A stretch of DNA of 51,505 bases, from the NCBI GenBank assembly GCA_947085185.1, contig CAMTVK010000009.1:1-51505 (forward strand). The letters run 5' to 3'. This stretch comes from Candidatus Fraserbacteria bacterium. Lineage in GTDB: Bacteria > Bipolaricaulota > Bipolaricaulia > RBG-16-55-9 > DRXL01. Below, piece by piece: positions 46,294 through 51,505 of the stretch. The stretch's first letter is position 1, and every line of letters begins with the position of its first letter. The translations under genes and the position numbers were made by a program. The notes beneath the pieces were generated by a model. That model saw only the letters and a list, made by a program, of their open reading frames with translations. It made no database searches and was not told the DNA's origin.

Positions 46294-46323
46294 GAAGACC
46301 TAGCTTCCACCTCTTCTCTGCAA

Positions 46324-46378
46324 CCCTCACCCGGCCTAGGCCACCCTCTCCCTTTTAGGGAGAGGGACGGGGTGAGGG
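46324..46378. repeat. REP-like palindromic element
   Basis: CCCTCACC...CCCTCTCCC-TTTTA-GGGAGAGGG...GGTGAGGG nested inverted repeat in an intergenic position. Confidence 0.7.
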
Positions 46379-46418
46379 TAATGAAGGGTTGAGAGAGAGC
46401 CATAAGGAGGAGACACTA

Positions 46419-47027
46419 ATGCAGAATAGAAGAATCGAATTGCGTATCGAGCCTTGGGTATTGGTGGCCGCTTTGGCCGCCGTGCTCTTGGTTGGGTGGA
46501 TGACCCTGCGAGCCAACAATCCGCCCCCGGTCAGCCAGCCAAGCCCTGAACAATCCAACAGAGTCTGGGTCGTCAAGATGGTCACGAAAGTTTCTGACGG
46601 AAAAGTCGAGCAGGTCTTCGAGCCGGATCGCTTAGTGATCGCCCCCGGCGACACGGTGCGCTGGGAGCTCGAGAACGGCATACACAATACAGTTGCTTTT
46701 CATCCAGGCGATGAGCACGCGGACCATCACGACGATGCCGGCAGCCCTGGCGAGCGCCCGTTGCGCATCCCGGCGAAAGCGAAGCCCTGGGAGTCAGAGC
46801 ACATGCGCACACCGGGCGAAGCCTTTGAGTACACTTTCACTATTGAAGGCATCTATAACTATTTCTGCCATCCGCACGAATTCGATGGCATGGTCGGCGC
46901 GATTGTCGTCGGCAGTCCCAAGCCGGGGCCGGGGCTGGAGCCTCCGCAAAGAGACCTGCCCGAAGCAACCCAAGCCAAACTGAAAGAGCTAATCGCCTGG
47001 GCGAAGGCCCAGAAAGGAGTTCGATAA
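46419..47027 (+). CDS. Membrane-anchored plastocyanin/azurin-family blue copper protein
   Basis: PGDTVRW, HNTV, YFCHPHEFDGM type-1 Cu ligands; AAGGAGG SD. Confidence 0.9.
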   Translation: MQNRRIELRIEPWVLVAALAAVLLVGWMTLRANNPPPVSQPSPEQSNRVWVVKMVTKVSDGKVEQVFEPDRLVIAPGDTVRWELENGIHNTVAFHPGDEHADHHDDAGSPGERPLRIPAKAKPWESEHMRTPGEAFEYTFTIEGIYNYFCHPHEFDGMVGAIVVGSPKPGPGLEPPQRDLPEATQAKLKELIAWAKAQKGVR

Positions 47028-47029
47028 TT

Positions 47030-48022
47030 ATGAAAGCCTTGAAGAACAGAAAAGTGATCTTTGCGCTCACGCTGACAACTTTGGGCGTGGCAACCGGCCT
47101 GCTGTGGCCTAATCTGGCGCTCAAACAAAGCGTGACTCAACAACCGGAAGCGCAAGCTCAAGCGCCGGTGGTGCGCGAGTTTTTCATCACGGCTCAAGAG
47201 ACGAATTGGATGCTCGGCCCCGATATGCCTTTCGAGGCGTGGACCTATAACGGAACCGTGCCGGGGCCGGAGATCCGGGTGAAGGAGGGCGAGGTCGTGC
47301 GCATTGTTTTCAAAAACGAGCTTCCTGTGGCGACCACGCTTCACCCTCACGGCGTAGATCTGCCCAACGCCATGGACGGCGTGCCGGGCATCACTCAAAA
47401 ACCCGTACAGCCGGGCGAGACGTTCATCTATGAGTTCATCGCCCGACCCGCGGGGACGCGCTTCTATCACACGCATGGCAACGGGGAAGAGATGTCCGAA
47501 GCCGATCAGATGGACCGCGGGCTCTATGGGGCGCTCATCATTGAGCCTACGCCTCCACAACCCGTCGTGGACGAGCCGGGCCGACGGCCTCTTTTCATGC
47601 CAAAGCCCTATGACCGCGAGTACACGCTCATCTTGGACGAGTGGCGCGGCGGCGAGCATGGGCCGCACGGCGTGGGCGATTACAGCATCTTCACCATCAA
47701 TGGGAAGGCCTTCCCTGAGACAACGCCCCTGAAGGTGAGGAAGGGCGAGCGCGTGCGCCTTCGCTTAATCAATGCTGGTACGACGGCCTTTCACCCGATT
47801 CACTTGCACGGGCATCAGTTCAAAGTGGTCGCGACCGACGGAAATCCCGTGCCCTTTGGGCTGGAGCTGACCAAGAACACCATTACCGTGATGCCCGGCG
47901 AGACCTATGATATTGAGTTCGTTGCTGACAATCCAGGCGTTTGGGTGTTGCACTGCCACGAACTGCACCACGCTGGCGGCGGGATGGTCACGCTGGTACA
48001 ATTGGTACAATATGAGAACTAA
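47030..48022 (+). CDS. Two-domain multicopper oxidase (small laccase, T1 site in domain 2)
   Basis: HPHG and YHTH (no T1 Cys) in domain 1; HPIHLHG and HCHELHHAGGGM in domain 2. Confidence 0.88.
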   Translation: MKALKNRKVIFALTLTTLGVATGLLWPNLALKQSVTQQPEAQAQAPVVREFFITAQETNWMLGPDMPFEAWTYNGTVPGPEIRVKEGEVVRIVFKNELPVATTLHPHGVDLPNAMDGVPGITQKPVQPGETFIYEFIARPAGTRFYHTHGNGEEMSEADQMDRGLYGALIIEPTPPQPVVDEPGRRPLFMPKPYDREYTLILDEWRGGEHGPHGVGDYSIFTINGKAFPETTPLKVRKGERVRLRLINAGTTAFHPIHLHGHQFKVVATDGNPVPFGLELTKNTITVMPGETYDIEFVADNPGVWVLHCHELHHAGGGMVTLVQLVQYEN

Positions 48023-48044
48023 TAGCGCAACCGAGGAGGTCTCT

Positions 48045-48839
48045 ATGAAGCACAACTATATAGAGCTGCGCACTCAAGCGTGGACGGTGATGCTTGCTGT
48101 TGCCGTGGCCGCATTGTTCGCGTTTATGTTCTTACGCATGGGCGGCATGATGAGGCCGATGAACCAACAGGCAACGATGACACAGATGATGGCCAGCATT
48201 GACAAAGCCCTAGGGCAAGTGAATGCAGCGCTGACCCACTCTGACGAAGCTTTGAAGACCACTGATTTGGCCGCTTTGAAAAAACACGTTCGCTTGGCCC
48301 AAGGCGCGCTCACCGGCCGAGGCGGAGCCATGATGCAGATGCAAATGATGGGACAGATGATGAAAGGCCCGATGATGACCATGTCTGGCCAGGGCATGAT
48401 GGGGATGTCGATGGAGCATCATACAAATATGATGGCAGCTCGCGAAGCAGCTCAGTCGAGTCTTCAGAGGGCTCGTGAGCACTTTGAAGAGGCCCTGAAA
48501 GCATATAAGTTGGAGACGGCCCAAGAGCACGTCCGATTAGCAGCAGAGCAATTGCAAGCGGCACAAGGCACAGCAGGGAGCAACGATCCCAAAGCTGGGG
48601 CTCTCACGTATTTGAAGGAGCAGATGGCCCAGATGATGGGGCAGGGGATGATGCAGTCCGATCTGAAGAGCAAGATCGACTGCGCGGTCCCATGGCTGGA
48701 GAAGGCCATCGCGCTGCATGAGCTGCACATGAAAGATCCCTCGACGACTACGGAGCAATCGCAGATGGAGCTTATGGATCAGATCAAGAAGGCCCATGAG
48801 TGTTTGACCGGCAAGTCCATGCCAGGGATGCCCCATTGA
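48045..48839 (+). CDS. Met-rich helical membrane-anchored protein, probable Cu-binding
   Basis: TM helix, multiple MMxM tracts, His in helices; GAGGAGG SD. Confidence 0.7.
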   Translation: MKHNYIELRTQAWTVMLAVAVAALFAFMFLRMGGMMRPMNQQATMTQMMASIDKALGQVNAALTHSDEALKTTDLAALKKHVRLAQGALTGRGGAMMQMQMMGQMMKGPMMTMSGQGMMGMSMEHHTNMMAAREAAQSSLQRAREHFEEALKAYKLETAQEHVRLAAEQLQAAQGTAGSNDPKAGALTYLKEQMAQMMGQGMMQSDLKSKIDCAVPWLEKAIALHELHMKDPSTTTEQSQMELMDQIKKAHECLTGKSMPGMPH

Positions 48840-48932
48840 AAACTGTGGGCATGGAGCACGAGCTGGGCATAATCCTATGGCTCCATGACTGGCTTGGCAT
48901 ACCCAAACCCAACTAGAGAAAGGAGACTCTGT

Positions 48933-49334
48933 ATGAACAACTTCACCTACGTTGTCGAGACGAAGAAATCGTTCCCAGAAGCTGTCATTGCTGTGCGCAA
49001 GGCCGCCGAAGCCCACAAATGGGGCGTCTTGGGCGATTATGATTTTTCGGAGATCTTAGCTGCCAAGGGCTTTCCCCAGGCAGAGCAAGTGAAGTCATTA
49101 GATATCTGTGCCCCGGCGCACGCCCATGCGCTCATGGGCACGGAGCGCCTGACGGGACTCTGTATGCCCTGCAGTGTCTTAATCTTTACTGATAGAGGCA
49201 AGACGAAGATCGCGGCAATGCGCCCTGGCGCGGTGATGCCTCAGATCTTCCCCCATGTGATGCAGAAAGCGGGTGATCTGCCCAAGAAGATTGACGCTGA
49301 GATTCAGTCTATTTTGGATACGGCAGCACAGTGA
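48933..49334 (+). CDS. DUF302 domain protein
   Basis: KSFPEAV...WGVL...ICAP...MPCSVLI...AMRP. Confidence 0.85.
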   Translation: MNNFTYVVETKKSFPEAVIAVRKAAEAHKWGVLGDYDFSEILAAKGFPQAEQVKSLDICAPAHAHALMGTERLTGLCMPCSVLIFTDRGKTKIAAMRPGAVMPQIFPHVMQKAGDLPKKIDAEIQSILDTAAQ

Positions 49335-49345
49335 GAGAGGGATCA

Positions 49346-50881
49346 ATGAGTCAGCGCAGAAACTTAAACCGACGGGAGTTCCTACGCTGCGCCAGCCTTA
49401 GCGCAATGGCGTTGGTGACCGGCAGTTGGTTAAGCGGTCGGGCCACAAGCAGCCTCCCGGACTTAGAAATCGCTCTGAGGGCAACTGCCTCGGAGGTCTC
49501 TATACTCCCCGGCCAACCGACCCGCGTCTGGACGTATCAAGGGGAAGTGTTGCGGGGCAACCCCACCAGCTTACAAGCGTTACCAGGCTCTTATCTGGGC
49601 CCCATTATCCGGGCGCGCCAAGGGCAGCGAGTCCGCATCCGCTTCACCAACAACCTGCCGGAAAAGACGGTCATCCACTGGCACGGCCTGTACACACCGG
49701 AGAGGATGGACGGGCATCCTCGTGATGTCATCGGTCCAGGCCAGAGCTATGTCTACGAATTTCCAGTGATCAACCGAGCAGGGACGTATTGGTTTCATCC
49801 GCATCCCCACGGGCGCACAGGGCCGCAGGTCTACTCCGGTTTGGCCGGGCTCTTCTTAGTATCGGACGACGAAGAAACCCAGGCTGGCCTCCCCAGCGGC
49901 GAGTACGACCTGCCCTTGATCATACAAGACCGCACCTTTGACACGAGCAATCAACTTGTTTACTCGACCGGCGGCATGGGCATGATGGATGGCTTCTTGG
50001 GCGAGCGCATCCTGGTCAACGGGCATCCCAATTTCACTCTGTCGGTCGCGACTCGGGCTTACCGTCTGCGCCTTCTTAATGGCTCCAATTCCCGCATCTA
50101 CAAGTTGGCCTGGAGCGATGGAACGCCTCTCATCGTCATCGGCACCGACGGCGGCCTTCTAGAGACACCGGTCCCTCGGAGTTATGTGATGCTTGCACCC
50201 GGAGAGCGGATTGAACTGTGGGCCGATTTCAGCCAGCGCCCCGTAGGCACAGAGATAGTATTGCAGAGCTTGGCCTTTTCTGGGGCGGAAGTCGGCATGG
50301 GCGGCATGATGGGAGGTGGTCAGCCCTTGCCCAACGGCGCTCCTTTCCCTGTGCTTAAGGTCCGCGTAGAGCGTCAGGAGCCAGAGGCGCTCACCCTGCC
50401 CACGAAGCTGTCTGCCATGACCCGTTATCGGCCTACAGATGCCGTCAACTATAGCAATCCCCGCACCTTCGCCGTTTCTTTGAGCATGATGGGCATGATG
50501 CAGGTGCAATGGCTGCTCAACGAGCGGCCGTTCCAAATGGAAGAAGTGGCCCCTAATGAGAAAGTGAAGCTCAATACGTTAGAGATGTGGGAATTTGTCA
50601 ATGAGACGACGCCGATGGCCATGGCCCACCCCATTCACATCCATGGGCCGCTGTTTCAAATTATCGAGCGACAGGTTCGCCCTGACCAGATCGCCAGCTG
50701 GGAGACAGTGCGCGCCGGCTACGTGGATGAGGGCTGGAGGGATACAGTGCTCTTGATGCCCGGCGAGCGCGTGAAAGTCTTGCTCAAGTTTGAGAACTAT
50801 ACAGGGCTGTACGTCTATCACTGCCATAATTTAGAGCACGAAGACGCAGGAATGATGCGCAACTATTTGGTGAGTACCTGA
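49346..50881 (+). CDS. Tat-exported three-domain multicopper oxidase (CueO/bilirubin oxidase-like)
   Basis: NRREFL; HWHG, WFHPH, HPIHIHG, HCHNLEHEDAGMM; Met-rich loops. Confidence 0.93.
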   Translation: MSQRRNLNRREFLRCASLSAMALVTGSWLSGRATSSLPDLEIALRATASEVSILPGQPTRVWTYQGEVLRGNPTSLQALPGSYLGPIIRARQGQRVRIRFTNNLPEKTVIHWHGLYTPERMDGHPRDVIGPGQSYVYEFPVINRAGTYWFHPHPHGRTGPQVYSGLAGLFLVSDDEETQAGLPSGEYDLPLIIQDRTFDTSNQLVYSTGGMGMMDGFLGERILVNGHPNFTLSVATRAYRLRLLNGSNSRIYKLAWSDGTPLIVIGTDGGLLETPVPRSYVMLAPGERIELWADFSQRPVGTEIVLQSLAFSGAEVGMGGMMGGGQPLPNGAPFPVLKVRVERQEPEALTLPTKLSAMTRYRPTDAVNYSNPRTFAVSLSMMGMMQVQWLLNERPFQMEEVAPNEKVKLNTLEMWEFVNETTPMAMAHPIHIHGPLFQIIERQVRPDQIASWETVRAGYVDEGWRDTVLLMPGERVKVLLKFENYTGLYVYHCHNLEHEDAGMMRNYLVST

Positions 50882-50910
50882 CCAACGAAATCAGAAAGGG
50901 AGTGAACGCT

Positions 50911-51291
50911 ATGGCAGAGCAACGACCAACAGAGAAGCCCATCGCGGCTTTTGTGCTCTCGCTCTTGGCGGGTCTGGGGATGCTGACCGTCGGAGTCGGA
51001 GCGATGATGTCCGGTGGAGGGGACTGGGGGATGGGCGGCTGGATGTGGGGCCATGGGATGATGCGGGGCTTTGCCCCAACGTTCTGGTGGCTGTGGTTTT
51101 GGATCATCGCTGGGATCGTCGTCTTAGTGGGAGCCGCGATGCTCTATGCCAAGCCGGAGCAGCGTCAGACATGGGGGATTGTGATCTTAATTGCTTCAGC
51201 GCTCAACTTTTTCTTAAGCATGGGGCTGGCAGGGGGGCTGGGTGTGATCGGAGGAGTACTGGCATTAAGACAGACACCCTGTCAGTTTTGA
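50911..51291 (+). CDS. Small Met/Gly-rich integral membrane protein
   Basis: 3-4 TM helices with a GMGGWMWGHGMM loop; last gene of the copper operon. Confidence 0.7.
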   Translation: MAEQRPTEKPIAAFVLSLLAGLGMLTVGVGAMMSGGGDWGMGGWMWGHGMMRGFAPTFWWLWFWIIAGIVVLVGAAMLYAKPEQRQTWGIVILIASALNFFLSMGLAGGLGVIGGVLALRQTPCQF

Positions 51292-51372
51292 AGAGCTGGA
51301 GGATAGATAAGGAATATCGGGAGCAGCGTCACTGGTAACGATCTCTTGGCACAGGGACCCTGTCCTCCGTGA

Positions 51373-51505
51373 TGCCTCATAAGTAGCTGTTACCGAAGCC
51401 CGCAACTTTGCCTCATAATTCTTGTTACCCATGTAGCCTCCTTAGTTCCTCCAGATTCCTCTCAATCCGCCGGCGAAGCTCCAGAGGATTCAGTGTACGG
51501 TAGAC
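51373..51505 (-). mobile_element. End of an IS element: transposase C-terminus plus terminal repeats (partial, runs off the window)
   Basis: Minus frame 51505-51425 reads VYRTLNPLELRRRIERNLEELRRLHG*, an LNP-helix tail recalled from integrase-core transposases; direct repeats TGCCTCATAA-N4/5-TGTTACC at 51373-51394 and 51409-51429. Confidence 0.55.

Noticed and set aside
47030..48022. Copper nitrite reductase NirK
   Set aside because: Domain 1 lacks the T1 Cys (YHTH), and domain 2 has the full HxxHxH/HCH set of small laccases
51265..51432. 55-aa minus-strand ORF with AAGGAGG SD
   Set aside because: The SD lies within the transposase tail and the ORF runs through IS terminal repeats; probably fortuitous

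Overview
Bacterial chromosomal window, GC-rich. Gene content and protein styles suggest Acetothermia/Bipolaricaulota, which is an unverified inference. (1) 1-13.1 kb is a respiratory redox locus: an octaheme HAO-family cytochrome, a second octaheme cytochrome, a triheme cytochrome, a Rieske/cytochrome b pair, a nonaheme cytochrome and an 18-19-heme NapC/NirT-anchored cytochrome, plus four Crp/Fnr regulators with matching boxes, a decayed cytochrome b/c gene, a USP and tRNA-Val(TAC). (2) 13.2-35.8 kb is mostly housekeeping: Zn metalloprotease, fabG with a fabH remnant, XdhC, gcvH/PA/PB, TolB-like protein, nrnA, ribF, hicAB, glutaredoxin, tsaB, etfBA, a CARDB protein, potABCD, a methyltransferase, trxA, and a parvulin foldase fused to a SecD P1-like domain. 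(3) 36-39.2 kb holds a beta-helix repeat gene whose 3' end (GQVCLP-stop) recurs three more times downstream, bracketing two TA modules whose toxins are both broken. (4) 39.2-44.3 kb is an archaeal-type mre11-rad50-nurA operon. (5) 44.4-45.3 kb holds a candidate ~350-390 nt highly structured ncRNA with its own promoters and terminator, divergent from a small ubiquitin-like ORF. (6) 45.4-51.3 kb is a copper-protein operon headed by a putative ribosome-arrest leader peptide whose RPPR codons pair with the downstream Shine-Dalgarno; the window ends in the tail of an IS transposase. All calls come from motif reading by eye; no database searches were run.
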